Shown piece after piece: positions 43,793 to 55,598 of a DNA stretch of 64,000 nt. Under the pieces are notes generated by a model. The model was not told the origin of the DNA. It did no database searches and worked only from the letters and a program-made list of their open reading frames with translations. Source of the stretch: an uncultured Dictyoglomota bacterium (GTDB lineage: Bacteria > Dictyoglomota > Dictyoglomia > Dictyoglomales > Dictyoglomaceae). The stretch lies in the NCBI GenBank assembly GCA_964654465.1, contig CAZZIO010000040.1, forward strand, positions 128,001 to 192,000. The letters run 5' to 3'. Positions within the stretch are counted from its first letter, which is position 1, and every line of letters begins with the position of its first letter. A program made the position numbers and the translations under genes.

Positions 43793-44935
43793 ATGGGAGG
43801 AACAAAAATGACCATTGAGATTAAAGAGGTAAAAAGTAAAAAGGATAAAAAAGACTTTATAATGTTTCCATTTAAACTTTATAAGAATGATCCTCTTTGG
43901 GTGCCACCTTTAATCTATGAGATGAAAAGAATTATAGAAAGCCCTGGAAGCTTGTTATTTCAAAGTGGGCCTCATACTTTTTTTAATGCATATAAATCTG
44001 GGGAAATAGTTGGAAGAATTGCGGTAGGTATCGATGAAAAAATGAATAAGTGGAGAAATAAAAAGGAGGGTTATGTTACCCTTTTTGAATGTATAAATGA
44101 TAAAGAAGTAGCCTTTTCTCTATTAAATAAAGCAGAAGAATGGTTAAAAGAAAGAGAAATGGAAGATATGGTTGGTCCTGTATCTCCTACAAATGGAGAT
44201 GATTATAGAGGAATGTTAGTTGAAAATTTTGAGGATCCACCAGTTATATACACAACTTATAATCCCCCATATTATGTAGACTTCTTTGAAAGCTATGGTT
44301 TTGAAAGAGAACATACATTTGTAGCTTATAAATATGATTTAAATAAATTACCCTTAGACGACCATATAAAGGTAATTGAATATGCTAAGAGAAAATATAA
44401 ATTTTACACTAGGCCTGCAGATTATTCAAGAATTCCTGAAGAAGCAAAAACTTTACAAAAAATAATAGAAAGATCGCTTACACCCTTAGAATATGATTAT
44501 CTTATACCTCCTTCTGAAGAAGAGATGTTAATTCTGGCAAAAGATTTAGTAAAATTTATTCCATCAGAATTCGTACAATTAGCATTTTCTAATGAAAACC
44601 CAATTGGTTTTGCTGTTGCAATACCAGATTATAATCAAATATTAAAGAAGCTTAATGGTAGGCTTTTTCCGATTGGGTGGTTAAAATTCCTTATGTATAA
44701 AAATAAAATAAATAAAGCAAGAGTATTCTTACTTTTTGTAATTCCTGAGTACCAATCAAAAGGTGTTCCCGCAGCTCTTTTTATTGAGCTCCTCAGACAT
44801 GCAAGAAAAAGAAGTTATACTTTTGCAGAGGGTTCTACCATAAATACTAATAACACTAAAATGTGCAGAGAGGCAGAAGGTGTTGGTGGAATTTTATATA
44901 AAAAGTTTGTAATATTTAAAAAGAAAATACAGTAA
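43793..44935 (+). CDS. GNAT acyltransferase, YghO/BcerS-like family
   Basis: LYKNDPLWVPPL, VGRIA, GPVSP, GMLVENFEDPP, YNPPYY, PDYNQ, NGRLFPIGW, PEYQSKG. The start may be ATG 43808. Confidence 0.75.
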   Translation: MGGTKMTIEIKEVKSKKDKKDFIMFPFKLYKNDPLWVPPLIYEMKRIIESPGSLLFQSGPHTFFNAYKSGEIVGRIAVGIDEKMNKWRNKKEGYVTLFECINDKEVAFSLLNKAEEWLKEREMEDMVGPVSPTNGDDYRGMLVENFEDPPVIYTTYNPPYYVDFFESYGFEREHTFVAYKYDLNKLPLDDHIKVIEYAKRKYKFYTRPADYSRIPEEAKTLQKIIERSLTPLEYDYLIPPSEEEMLILAKDLVKFIPSEFVQLAFSNENPIGFAVAIPDYNQILKKLNGRLFPIGWLKFLMYKNKINKARVFLLFVIPEYQSKGVPAALFIELLRHARKRSYTFAEGSTINTNNTKMCREAEGVGGILYKKFVIFKKKIQ

Positions 44936-44971
44936 AAGGAGGTGAAAAAGAAAAGCTTTTTGATAAGAATA

Positions 44972-44999
44972 TTGACATTATTAAGATTTTTCTTATACT
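44972..44999 (+). promoter_or_regulatory. sigma70 promoter for the second ArsR gene
   Basis: TTGACA-16nt-TATACT, with a TAAGA-N4-TCTTA inverted repeat in the spacer. Confidence 0.6.
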
Positions 45000-45039
45000 T
45001 ATATAGAACTTATAAAATTTAAGAAAGGGAGTAATAGAA

Positions 45040-45351
45040 ATGGAAAACAAAAAGAATCTTACTATAGAAGAATGTGAAGCCTTGGCAGATGTATTTAAAT
45101 CTTTATCAAGCCATGTAAGAATTCATATCTTATGTGCGTTAAAAGATGGAGAAAAAAGTGCAGGAGAAATAGCAAAAATTATAAATGCATCCTTCGCTAA
45201 TACATCACAAAATCTTAAAGATCTCTATAACTTAGGTCTTTTAAAGAAAAGACGCGTAGGTCAATTCGTTTATTATTCTTTAGCAGATGACTCAGTATTG
45301 GAACTTTTAAATTTAGTTTATAAACTCAGATTTCGTGCAGTAAAAAGCTAA
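45040..45351 (+). CDS. ArsR/SmtB-family transcriptional regulator
   Basis: FKSLSSHVRIHILCAL, SAGEIA, NTSQNL, RRVGQFVYYSL. Confidence 0.9.
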   Translation: MENKKNLTIEECEALADVFKSLSSHVRIHILCALKDGEKSAGEIAKIINASFANTSQNLKDLYNLGLLKKRRVGQFVYYSLADDSVLELLNLVYKLRFRAVKS

Positions 45352-45382
45352 AAAAGGAGGGGAGAATTTCTCTCCCCTCCTT
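45351..45382. terminator. Terminator hairpin between convergent genes (U-tract on minus strand)
   Basis: AAGGAGGGGAGA-ATTTC-TCTCCCCTCCTT preceded by an A run. Confidence 0.8.
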
Positions 45383-45395
45383 AAAAATTCATCTC

Positions 45396-46592
45396 TTAGA
45401 ACTTTATAGATCCAGATAAACTAAGGGCTTGTGGCATTGTAAGATCCTGAGGATCAAAGGCAACTCCTAAATCCGCTTGAAGAAGAAGCAAATTCAAACC
45501 GAAACCTGCTGTATAAAGTTGTGGATTAAATTGAGTATCTAAAATAGCTCCTCCTCTTAATATAGCAACCATCATTATAGGCTGTTCAAAACCAATCCTG
45601 TATAATGTAGGAGAAAGATTGCTATCAAGATCTGCTCCAACCGCAATTCTTGTGCTAAGAACTGGTACTTTTACAAATACACCCGCCTTAAGAGACATAG
45701 GTGGAAGGGCTACCTCAATAGGATTAGTAGTTTCAGAATATGGTGTGTATTCGTTATAATTGCCATTACTATCATAATATCCTTCCTCATATCCATTAGT
45801 TTCTTTACCTTCAAGAGGCACACTATATACATCCTTTGCAAAAATTCCAGCCGCTAAGAATGGAGAAAATCTCATATAAGCACCAAGGTCAATAGAAATA
45901 TATTTTTCATCTATAGAATTATATACTTTTTTATGAAAATCATTCTCATTGGGCTGATTTGAATCTTCAGCTAATAATACTCCACTCTGAGTTATTTTTA
46001 CACTTTCATTGTAATGGTAATACATAGTATTATTTAATCTTATATTAGTACCGAGATTTAGTTTCAAGCCTAATAAATCTATGGCAGGTATAGCAATGGT
46101 TAAGGCACCATTAAGATTTGGAGTGGCAGTTACATCAACATTTACATAAGCTTGTAGATCTTGAGAAGGATCATCTGAGGTATATTTGTGGAAATTAAAG
46201 TTCACATCACTATCTCCAAATAGTGTGATTCCTATTTTACTTATACCAAGATGTAGATATCCTGCAAAAGAAAGATAGGTATTAATATCACCATTTGGAG
46301 GTTCTGTATTACTATTTAATGTGTTGTAAAGATCTATAAAAGATTGCACATTAGAAATAGGTGCTAATCCAAGACCTGCTTTAAGAGTTAGCCTTGAATA
46401 TTCACCTATTAGAGCTGGATTATATATGGCAGAGGTTGGCGAATCAGCAAGAGCTGTCATAGCACCTGCCACACCCATAGCCCTTGGATCATAAAGTAGA
46501 TCCTTAAGATTATAACTTGTAGTCACTCCGTAAGATACTGTAAAAAGAAAGATTAGAATCAAAAAGGAGCTCAAAATTAACTTACTTTTCAT
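45396..46592 (-). CDS. Outer-membrane beta-barrel protein, TraF/PorV/FadL-like
   Basis: Signal peptide from ATG 46592 (SD GAGGTG), PRAMGVAGAMTALAD...YNPA motif, alternating beta strands, C-terminal Phe. Confidence 0.75.
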   Translation of the reverse strand: MKSKLILSSFLILIFLFTVSYGVTTSYNLKDLLYDPRAMGVAGAMTALADSPTSAIYNPALIGEYSRLTLKAGLGLAPISNVQSFIDLYNTLNSNTEPPNGDINTYLSFAGYLHLGISKIGITLFGDSDVNFNFHKYTSDDPSQDLQAYVNVDVTATPNLNGALTIAIPAIDLLGLKLNLGTNIRLNNTMYYHYNESVKITQSGVLLAEDSNQPNENDFHKKVYNSIDEKYISIDLGAYMRFSPFLAAGIFAKDVYSVPLEGKETNGYEEGYYDSNGNYNEYTPYSETTNPIEVALPPMSLKAGVFVKVPVLSTRIAVGADLDSNLSPTLYRIGFEQPIMMVAILRGGAILDTQFNPQLYTAGFGLNLLLLQADLGVAFDPQDLTMPQALSLSGSIKF

Positions 46593-46657
46593 GTTCCTCT
46601 CACCTCTCTTAAAGATTTCTTTCAACTACATTGTATCACTTAAATAATAACTAATAA

Positions 46658-46673
46658 AGTGATTAAAATCACA
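46658..46673. promoter_or_regulatory. CRP/Rex-like inverted repeat between divergent promoters
   Basis: AGTGA-TTAAAA-TCACA; extended -10 elements on both sides (TGGTATAAT on + at 46684-46692; TGATACAAT on - at 46630-46638). Confidence 0.5.
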
Positions 46674-46742
46674 CTTTTATATATGGTATAATGGAAATAA
46701 AGATAAATAAAAAAATGTCTATATCTCTGGAGGATAAAAACC

Positions 46743-47144
46743 ATGGAGAGAAAAAGAATATTTACACAAAGAGATGATCCTTTTGGTGGGGAAATATTTA
46801 GAATTGTTGACTGTTTCTATAGAGAAAGTTCTCGATTCTCTATGCAATGGGGAGCATGGGTGCCAAGAGTAGACGTATATGAAACCAATGATAAAGTAGT
46901 AGTCCTAGTAGAGATTGCAGGAGTGAAAATTCAAGACATTGATATTACCTTTCATGAAGGTAAATTAATCCTAAGAGGCACAAGACAGGAAAACTATATA
47001 TCAGAGCCTGAGATATACCACAGAATGGAGATAAACTTCGGACCTTTTGAAAGGGTAATACCTTTACCCGTAGAAGTTGATGCTCAAAATGCTGAGGCAT
47101 CATATAATGATGGGTTTTTGGAGATTGTTCTTCCCAAAAAGTAA
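46743..47144 (+). CDS. Small heat-shock protein (Hsp20/alpha-crystallin)
   Basis: [43 protein letters not shown]. Confidence 0.93.
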   Translation: MERKRIFTQRDDPFGGEIFRIVDCFYRESSRFSMQWGAWVPRVDVYETNDKVVVLVEIAGVKIQDIDITFHEGKLILRGTRQENYISEPEIYHRMEINFGPFERVIPLPVEVDAQNAEASYNDGFLEIVLPKK

Positions 47145-47163
47145 AGAAAGGAGGGATGTAAAA

Positions 47164-49542
47164 ATGGAAGAAAAAGAAATGAACCAAATGCCAGATATCC
47201 CAGAAGAACTACCAATTCTTCCACTAAGAGAAACAGTAGTATATCCTCAAATGCTTATTCCACTTGTTGTGGGAAGAGAAAAGAGCATTAAATTAGTAGA
47301 AGATGCCCTTGCTGGTAATAAAATAATTGGAATGTGCATGCAGAAAACTCCTGTGGAAGAACCAACACCGGATGATATTCATAGGATTGGTACTGTAGGA
47401 ATAATAGTAAGAAGCTTAAGATTTCCTGACAATACTCTTAGACTATTTGTACAGGGATTACAAAGAATAAGAATAATAGAATTTACACAGACAGAACCAT
47501 ATTTTAAAGCTAAGGTAGAGGTAATAGAAGAAAAGGTAGAAAAAACTGTTGAAATAGAAGGATTAATGAGAAATCTTTTAAATCTATTCCAAAAGATGGC
47601 GTCTTTAATACCACAATTTCCAGAAGAACTAATAATTAATGCAATGAATATACAGGAACCAGGTAAATTAGCAGATTTTATAGCCTTTAATACTAATCTA
47701 AATATTAACGAGAAGCAAGAAATATTAGAAACTATTGATATAAAGGAAAGATTACAAAAAGTAACCTATTATCTTACAAGGGAGTTAGAGATCCTTGAGA
47801 TTGCAAATAAAATCCAAAACGAAGTCAAAAATGAAATAGAAAAAAGCCAAAAAGAATATTTCTTAAGACAACAAATGAAAGCAATACAAAAAGAGCTTGG
47901 TGAGATTGATCCTAGAGAGATGGAAATAAATGAATTAAGACAAAAACTTCAAGAAGCAAAACTCCCTCCCGAAGCAATGAAAGAAGCAGAAAGAGAGTTA
48001 GAAAGACTTGCTTTAATGCCACCCGGCTCTGCCGAATATACTGTTACAAGGACCTATTTAGATTGGCTAATTAGCTTGCCATGGGCAAAGTCTACAGAAG
48101 ATAACCTTGATATAAAAAGAGCTGAAGAAATTTTAAACGAAGACCATTATGACTTAGAGAAGGTTAAAGAAAGAATCTTAGAATACTTAGCTGTTAGGAA
48201 GTTAAAAAGTGACATGAAAGGTCCAATATTATGTTTTGTAGGACCCCCAGGTGTTGGTAAGACATCCCTTGGAAAATCCATAGCAAGAGCTCTTGGAAGA
48301 AAGTTTGTAAGAATATCATTGGGTGGTATAAGGGATGAAGCTGAAATAAGAGGACACAGAAGAACCTATGTAGGAGCATTGCCGGGAAGAATTATTCAAG
48401 GAATGAGAAAGGCTGAGTCTAATAACCCTATATTTATGCTTGATGAGATAGACAAATTAGGGGCAGATTTTAGAGGTGATCCAGCAGCAGCATTATTAGA
48501 GGTTCTTGACCCAGAACAAAATAACTCTTTTGTAGACAATTACTTAGGAGTACCTTTTGACCTTTCTAAGGTTATGTTTATAGCAACGGCAAACGTACTA
48601 TACACTATACCTCCAGCTTTACTTGATAGAATGGAAGTACTAGAAATTCCTGGATATACAGAATACCAAAAACTTGGAATAGCAAAAGGTTTCTTAATTC
48701 CAAGACAATTAAAGGAACATGGGTTAGAAAATTACCAAATTGAATTTACTGATGAAGCCATAAAAAAAATTATAAGAGAATATACACGAGAGGCAGGGGT
48801 AAGAAATTTAGAAAGAGAAATTGCTTCTATTATTAGAAAGATTGCAAAAGGTATTGCAGAAGGAAGTATTACTGATAAGGTAATTGTTGATAAGGAAGAT
48901 ATACCTAAATACTTAGGTCCAGAGAAATATACCTTTGGTATGAAAGGAGAAAAGGATGAGGTAGGAGTAGCTACTGGTCTTGCATGGACAGAAGCAGGTG
49001 GTGATATTCTTTTTGTTGAAGCTTTAGTAGTTGAAGGGAAAGGAAATCTTATACTTACTGGTAAACTTGGAGAAGTAATGCAGGAGTCAGCAAAAACAGC
49101 CCTTTCTTATGTGAGATCAAAGTTAAAAGATCTAAATGTAAGTTACGAAATTCTTGAAAAATCAGATATCCATGTACATGTACCATCAGGTGCTATTCCT
49201 AAGGATGGCCCATCAGCGGGTGTAACAATAGCAACAGCTATAGCTTCAGCTCTTACCAAGAGACCTGTCAAAAAAGATATTGGAATGACAGGAGAAATCA
49301 CTTTGCGTGGCAAAGTTCTTCCGGTAGGTGGAATACGAGAAAAGGTTCTTGCAGCTCACAGGGCAGGTCTTACAGCAGTAATAATGCCTAAGGAAAATCA
49401 AAAAGACTTGGAAGAAATACCAGAAGAAGTTAAAAATGAGCTAACTTTTTACTTTGTGGAACATGCTGATGAGGTCTTAAATCTTGCTCTTTTGGGGGTG
49501 AAGGAATATGCTGAGCAAAGAGATCCTGAAAGAACTGGGTAA
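47164..49542 (+). CDS. lon: ATP-dependent Lon protease (LonA)
   Basis: [42 protein letters not shown] 47164 follows SD AGGAGG. Confidence 0.98.
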   Translation: MEEKEMNQMPDIPEELPILPLRETVVYPQMLIPLVVGREKSIKLVEDALAGNKIIGMCMQKTPVEEPTPDDIHRIGTVGIIVRSLRFPDNTLRLFVQGLQRIRIIEFTQTEPYFKAKVEVIEEKVEKTVEIEGLMRNLLNLFQKMASLIPQFPEELIINAMNIQEPGKLADFIAFNTNLNINEKQEILETIDIKERLQKVTYYLTRELEILEIANKIQNEVKNEIEKSQKEYFLRQQMKAIQKELGEIDPREMEINELRQKLQEAKLPPEAMKEAERELERLALMPPGSAEYTVTRTYLDWLISLPWAKSTEDNLDIKRAEEILNEDHYDLEKVKERILEYLAVRKLKSDMKGPILCFVGPPGVGKTSLGKSIARALGRKFVRISLGGIRDEAEIRGHRRTYVGALPGRIIQGMRKAESNNPIFMLDEIDKLGADFRGDPAAALLEVLDPEQNNSFVDNYLGVPFDLSKVMFIATANVLYTIPPALLDRMEVLEIPGYTEYQKLGIAKGFLIPRQLKEHGLENYQIEFTDEAIKKIIREYTREAGVRNLEREIASIIRKIAKGIAEGSITDKVIVDKEDIPKYLGPEKYTFGMKGEKDEVGVATGLAWTEAGGDILFVEALVVEGKGNLILTGKLGEVMQESAKTALSYVRSKLKDLNVSYEILEKSDIHVHVPSGAIPKDGPSAGVTIATAIASALTKRPVKKDIGMTGEITLRGKVLPVGGIREKVLAAHRAGLTAVIMPKENQKDLEEIPEEVKNELTFYFVEHADEVLNLALLGVKEYAEQRDPERTG

Positions 49543-50626
49543 TCTTAATTTTTATCCGTATTTGATAACAACTCTTTACATAAATGTATCCCCCTTGATA
49601 AACCCCAAGGGGGAATATAAGATAATATGGAAAGATTTAAAAAAATCAGTTTTAGATAATCTAAATAATCAAAATTTAGAGGTAGAGATCAAAAAGTCAG
49701 TATTTTCAGATTTAGAAAAAATAGAGACTATCTTAGATCAGGGCTCTTTTGGTTCTGCCAATACCATTATATTAATGAGCTGTAGTGCCAAAGATTGGGA
49801 ATATTATATACCTCTTTATCCTCCCCTTAAGAATAAATTAGTAGTAGATAAAGACCCCTATACAAAACCCCTATCCCATCTTATAGTTGCCAATAGACCT
49901 TATTATTTAGTAATTTTGTCAAAAGGAGATGCCAGAGTTTTCAAATATTTTTTGGGAGAAATTCATGAGGAAGGAGAGATAAGAGAAGAAATACCAAAAA
50001 AACATAAACAAGGAGGATGGGAAGCATCTGATTGGCAAAGATGGCATGAAACACATGTTATATGGTATTTTAAAGAAGTAGCTGAGTTTTTAGACAAAAT
50101 AATAAATACAAATGAAAAGATAATAATAGGAAGTACTTCTCCTAAAAATATCTCTGAATTTCTAGAACTTCTTCCTAAAAGGCTCCATAATTCAATAATT
50201 GGAGAAATATCTTTAGAATTGGACTCTCCAATAAAGGATATTCTTGAGAAGACACATGGACTTATTAAGGACTATGAAGAAAAAGAGGCTAAAGACTTAG
50301 TAGAAAGTCTAATTGTGGCCAATGCAAAAGGAAAGGAAGCAGTCATGGGATTAGAAAATGTTGCCCACGAGGTATATCAGAAGAGAGTACAGAAAATATT
50401 AGTAGAAGAAAATTATGAACAAGAAGGATATGAATGCCCATCATGTTATTTTAGAAGTACTTATTTAGAAACTTGTCCTTATTGTAATATAAAGATGATC
50501 AAAAGATCAGATATAGTAGATGAAATTGTAGAAGATGCAATTATAGAAGGGGCAGAATTAAAATATATTGAAAATAAAGAACTTGCAAAAAAGATAAATA
50601 ACATAGGTGCTTTCTTGAGATATTAA
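49508..50626 (+). CDS. Bacterial aeRF1/pelota-like protein (baeRF family) with Zn ribbon
   Basis: PKKHKQGGW loop (compare eRF1 PKKHGRGGQ), [12 protein letters not shown]...[15 protein letters not shown]-terminal IGAFLRY. Confidence 0.82.
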   Translation: MLSKEILKELGNLNFYPYLITTLYINVSPLINPKGEYKIIWKDLKKSVLDNLNNQNLEVEIKKSVFSDLEKIETILDQGSFGSANTIILMSCSAKDWEYYIPLYPPLKNKLVVDKDPYTKPLSHLIVANRPYYLVILSKGDARVFKYFLGEIHEEGEIREEIPKKHKQGGWEASDWQRWHETHVIWYFKEVAEFLDKIINTNEKIIIGSTSPKNISEFLELLPKRLHNSIIGEISLELDSPIKDILEKTHGLIKDYEEKEAKDLVESLIVANAKGKEAVMGLENVAHEVYQKRVQKILVEENYEQEGYECPSCYFRSTYLETCPYCNIKMIKRSDIVDEIVEDAIIEGAELKYIENKELAKKINNIGAFLRY

Positions 50627-50656
50627 AAAAGAGGGGAGAAAGATTCTCCCCTCTTT
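50625..50656. terminator. Bidirectional terminator between baeRF and gap
   Basis: AAAGAGGGGAGAA-AGA-TTCTCCCCTCTTT. Confidence 0.8.
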
Positions 50657-50681
50657 ATATTATCTTCTTGATTCTTAAATT

Positions 50682-51731
<1,050 letters not shown>

Positions 51732-51788
51732 TCATCCTCTTCATTATACCATTTACTTTTTACAAAAATTGTTAAAATGTTTTTAAAA

Positions 51789-54218
51789 CTAAATATTGAA
51801 ACTTAATATTTTACCAGGAATATAAACTACTTTCTTAATCTCTTTATTATCCAAATACTTTTTAACATTTTCTCTTTGTAATGCTAAATTCATAACTTCT
51901 TCTTGAGTTGCATCAGCACTTACATCTATTCGGTCTCTTACCTTTCCATTAATTTGAATAACTACGGTTACAATTTCCTCCTTTATTAACTCTGGATCAT
52001 AAGAAGGCCAGGGTTGCATATGAATACTATATTCATTTCCTAACTCTTTCCACAGCTCTTCAGTGATATGGGGAACAAAGGGTGAAAGAAGTAACAATGA
52101 AGTCCTTACTGCTTCTTCAAAGGCAGGAGTCCTTCCATAAACCCTCTTGTGCTCTGTGAGAAGATTAGTTAATTCCATAATAGATGCAATAGCAGTATTA
52201 AATTTAAAATTCTCTATATCCTCCGTAACCTTCTTAATAGTCTTATGTAACTTTCTTCTTACAAGCTTTTCTTCCTCATCATCAATTTTTTGTTCATTTG
52301 CACTTTCTAAAACTAATCTCCAAAACCTATTCAAGAACCTATTTGCTCCTTCTACTCCTTCATCGCTCCACTCAATATCCACTTCAGGAGGAGCAACAAA
52401 CAATATAAATAAACGGGCTGTATCAGCACCATAATTCTCCACCATATAATCTACAGAAACAATATTCCCTAAGGATTTAGACATTATCTGTCCATCTTTA
52501 TAAACCATTCCTTGAGTAAAAAGTCTCTTAAATGGTTCTTTTACTGGGCTATATCCTGCATCATAAAGAACCTTCGTTATAAATCGAGAATAAAGTAAAT
52601 GTAATACAGCATGTTCTATACCACCTGTATATTGATCAACAGGCATCCAATACTCTGCCTTTTCTCTTGAGAATGGCTCTTTATCATTGAGTGGGTCAGT
52701 ATAACGAAAATAATACCATGAAGAATCAACAAATGTGGCAAGAGTATCGGTTTCCCTCTTTGCATGACTTCCACATTTTGGACACTTTGTATTTACAAAT
52801 TCAGGAACTTTCGCTAAAGGACTTTCACCCGTTCCTGTGGGCTCAAAATCAGAAAGATCAGGAAGCTCTACTGGCAAATCCTCGTAAGGCACAGGTACTA
52901 TTCCACAATTGGGGCAATAAATAATGGGAATAGGGGCTCCCCAGTATCTTTGACGAGATATTAACCAATCTCTTAATCTATATTGTACTTTTTTCTTTCC
53001 AATCCCTAAATTTTCAAACTTCTCAACAATAATTTTCCAAAATTCTGAACTTTTTAAACCATTGTATTCCTCTGAATTAATCATTATTCCTTCTTCTTCA
53101 TAGGGAAGCGGAGGTTCTTTGCCAATTTCCGGAGTAATTACAGGGATTATTGGAAGATTATATTTTACTGCAAATTCATAATCTCGGGAGTCATGGGCAG
53201 GTACAGCCATTATTGCCCCTGTTCCGTAGGTTGCAAGTACATAATCAGCCACATATATCGGTACAGGTTTTTTATTAAGAGGATGTATTGCATAACTTCC
53301 TGTGAATACTCCAGTTTTATCCTTTTCTGAAACAATCCTTTCTAACTCACTTTTATTTTTAGCAATTTTTACATATTCTCTCACTTCATCTAAATATTCC
53401 TTTTTAGTTATTTTTTCTACCAATGGATGCTCTGGAGCTAGTACTACAAAAGTTACTCCATAGATAGTGTCAGGTCTTGTAGTATAAACATATATCTTCT
53501 CATCAGAATCCTGAATATCAAAGTAGAATTCAAGTCCTTCAGATTTACCTATCCAGTTCTTTTGCATTAGTTTAACTTTCTCTGGCCAATACTCCAGAGT
53601 ATCTAAATCATTCAATAAATCTTCAGCATAAGCAGTAATTTTAAAGAACCATTGTTCAAATTCTCTCTTCTCAACCTCTGATTTACATCTCCAACATTTA
53701 CCATCAATTACTTCCTCATTAGCAAGTACTGTCTTACAAGTAGGGCACCAGTTAGCAGGAGCTTTTTTTCTATATGCAAGTCCTCTTTCATAAAGTTTTA
53801 AAAAGATCCACTGAGTCCACTTATAATAGTCTGGAGCACAAGCTGTAACCTCCCTATCCCAATCATAAACCACACCCATTTTGAAAAGCTGTTCTTTCAT
53901 CCTTGCTATATTTCTATAAGTCCATTCCTTTGGATGTACCTTATGCTTTATAGCTGCATTCTCTGCAGGCTGACCAAAAGCATCCCAACCCATAGGATTT
54001 AAAACATTGTAACCACGCATAGTATAGTATCTTGCTACCACATCACCAATAGTATAATTTCTCATATGTCCCATATGTAGATCTCCAGATGGATACGGGA
54101 ACATAACCAAAGTATAGTACTTTGGTTTATCCTTTCTTTCAGTTACATGATACAATTTGTCCTCTTGCCATTTTCTCTGCCATTTAGGTTCTATTTCCTG
54201 TGGATTATACCTCTTCAT
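51789..54218 (-). CDS. leuS: Leucine--tRNA ligase
   Basis: [13 protein letters not shown], editing-domain TTRPDT and [24 protein letters not shown]. Confidence 0.98.
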   Translation of the reverse strand: MKRYNPQEIEPKWQRKWQEDKLYHVTERKDKPKYYTLVMFPYPSGDLHMGHMRNYTIGDVVARYYTMRGYNVLNPMGWDAFGQPAENAAIKHKVHPKEWTYRNIARMKEQLFKMGVVYDWDREVTACAPDYYKWTQWIFLKLYERGLAYRKKAPANWCPTCKTVLANEEVIDGKCWRCKSEVEKREFEQWFFKITAYAEDLLNDLDTLEYWPEKVKLMQKNWIGKSEGLEFYFDIQDSDEKIYVYTTRPDTIYGVTFVVLAPEHPLVEKITKKEYLDEVREYVKIAKNKSELERIVSEKDKTGVFTGSYAIHPLNKKPVPIYVADYVLATYGTGAIMAVPAHDSRDYEFAVKYNLPIIPVITPEIGKEPPLPYEEEGIMINSEEYNGLKSSEFWKIIVEKFENLGIGKKKVQYRLRDWLISRQRYWGAPIPIIYCPNCGIVPVPYEDLPVELPDLSDFEPTGTGESPLAKVPEFVNTKCPKCGSHAKRETDTLATFVDSSWYYFRYTDPLNDKEPFSREKAEYWMPVDQYTGGIEHAVLHLLYSRFITKVLYDAGYSPVKEPFKRLFTQGMVYKDGQIMSKSLGNIVSVDYMVENYGADTARLFILFVAPPEVDIEWSDEGVEGANRFLNRFWRLVLESANEQKIDDEEEKLVRRKLHKTIKKVTEDIENFKFNTAIASIMELTNLLTEHKRVYGRTPAFEEAVRTSLLLLSPFVPHITEELWKELGNEYSIHMQPWPSYDPELIKEEIVTVVIQINGKVRDRIDVSADATQEEVMNLALQRENVKKYLDNKEIKKVVYIPGKILSFNI

Positions 54219-54308
54219 TTTTTAAATCCCTCTCTCCTTTTACAAATTTTTCTTTATCTCCAATTATATAAAAGTAAATCTTTGAGGACAATAATTAAAC
54301 TAATAAAA

Positions 54309-55598
54309 TTAGGAAGACTTCCTTCTTAGAAATCCTATCTTCATTGTTAAAATTCTATCAGTAGAAAATATTTTTGCTGCAATTACTATAAGGGCTATAA
54401 AAACAACTACCATATATAATATCCCAAAAAATACAATATTATAATTTCCAAGTAAAATTTCCCTTGATGCAATAAAAGGATGACTAAAAGGTATAGCCAT
54501 TATAATAAGCCTTACTGGCAAAGAAAGATTATTGATATCAGAAAAGAGAGAAACAAAATAAGGTACAATAACCAAAAAAACTAAAGGTAAAGACATACTT
54601 TGAGCACTTTTTAAATCTTCAGCTAAAACCCCTAAAATGGTAGACAAGGCTAAGCCACAAAGAATTGCTAAAAACAATGAAATTCCAAACAAGGTATAAC
54701 CGTAAGGTGTAAAGCTCACACCTAATTTTTGAATAATATCAGATGTACTACTTACATCCACATTTCCACTTATTCCACCCATAAAAGATCTATATCCATA
54801 CATATAAATTAAAGATGAAATTATTCCAACTATACCAGCTCCCATCATTTTAGCAATCACTATATGTTTTCTACCTATAGGTACTGTAAGGAGAGTCTCA
54901 AGGGTTTTATCCTGCTTCTCCATAGCTATAGCAGAAAGAACCATCTGGGATGTATACATGATTACTATCATTAGAATAATAGGAATAAATATTGATTGAG
55001 AATAAACTGAGTTAAGAACTTCTGATGTAGTACCTTCTGCAATCCTGTCTTTAACAATAACAAACTCTTTTTTCTTTATAGGGTTTTTCAAATTATCAGG
55101 ATCTATCCCTGGAAATTTAGCTCTAATAAATTGGTCAGACATATACCTATTCATTGCGTTAATAACCTGATCCAAAACGGCAGATCCCACATTACTGCCC
55201 AATGAGAAACTCCTTATGAAAGAATATATCTCAATCTCTACTGGTTTAAATCTGGACACTAATGATCCAAAATTCTCAGGAATCAAAATAAAAAAATTTA
55301 TTTTTTCTCTTCTTGCAAAATCAAAAGCTAAATCTTTATCTTCCTTTGAAAGAACTTCATTTAATAACTTAACCTTGAAATTTGCCAAAGAAAGATTACT
55401 CAAAAGTTCCCTTGATATTTCTGATTTATCAAGATCCAATACATAAATGTTTCTTGTCTCAACAGCCTTCTTAATTTCACTTTTTGTAATACTACCCATA
55501 AAATTAAAAAGTAATATTGTAAATATAAGAGATATTATTAATTGAAAAGTTACAAGTTCCTTTATTTCCTTTCTCAAAAGATTTAAAAATTTATTCAT
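54309..55598 (-). CDS. ABC-2 type exporter permease (NatB-like)
   Basis: LLRKEIKE, AIAMEKQDKTLETLLTVP, multiple TM helices. Confidence 0.88.
   Translation of the reverse strand: MNKFLNLLRKEIKELVTFQLIISLIFTILLFNFMGSITKSEIKKAVETRNIYVLDLDKSEISRELLSNLSLANFKVKLLNEVLSKEDKDLAFDFARREKINFFILIPENFGSLVSRFKPVEIEIYSFIRSFSLGSNVGSAVLDQVINAMNRYMSDQFIRAKFPGIDPDNLKNPIKKKEFVIVKDRIAEGTTSEVLNSVYSQSIFIPIILMIVIMYTSQMVLSAIAMEKQDKTLETLLTVPIGRKHIVIAKMMGAGIVGIISSLIYMYGYRSFMGGISGNVDVSSTSDIIQKLGVSFTPYGYTLFGISLFLAILCGLALSTILGVLAEDLKSAQSMSLPLVFLVIVPYFVSLFSDINNLSLPVRLIIMAIPFSHPFIASREILLGNYNIVFFGILYMVVVFIALIVIAAKIFSTDRILTMKIGFLRRKSS

Noticed and set aside
45396..46625. TraF-like gene as evidence of a conjugative element
   Set aside because: No relaxase, VirB4 or other tra genes; flanks are housekeeping.
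46626..46742. CIRCE or CtsR heat-shock operator before hsp20-lon
   Set aside because: No TTAGCACTC-N9-GAGTGCTAA or GGTCAAA direct repeats seen.
54219..54308. T-box riboswitch upstream of leuS
   Set aside because: Only about 90 nt, AT-rich, with no T-box motif or terminator.
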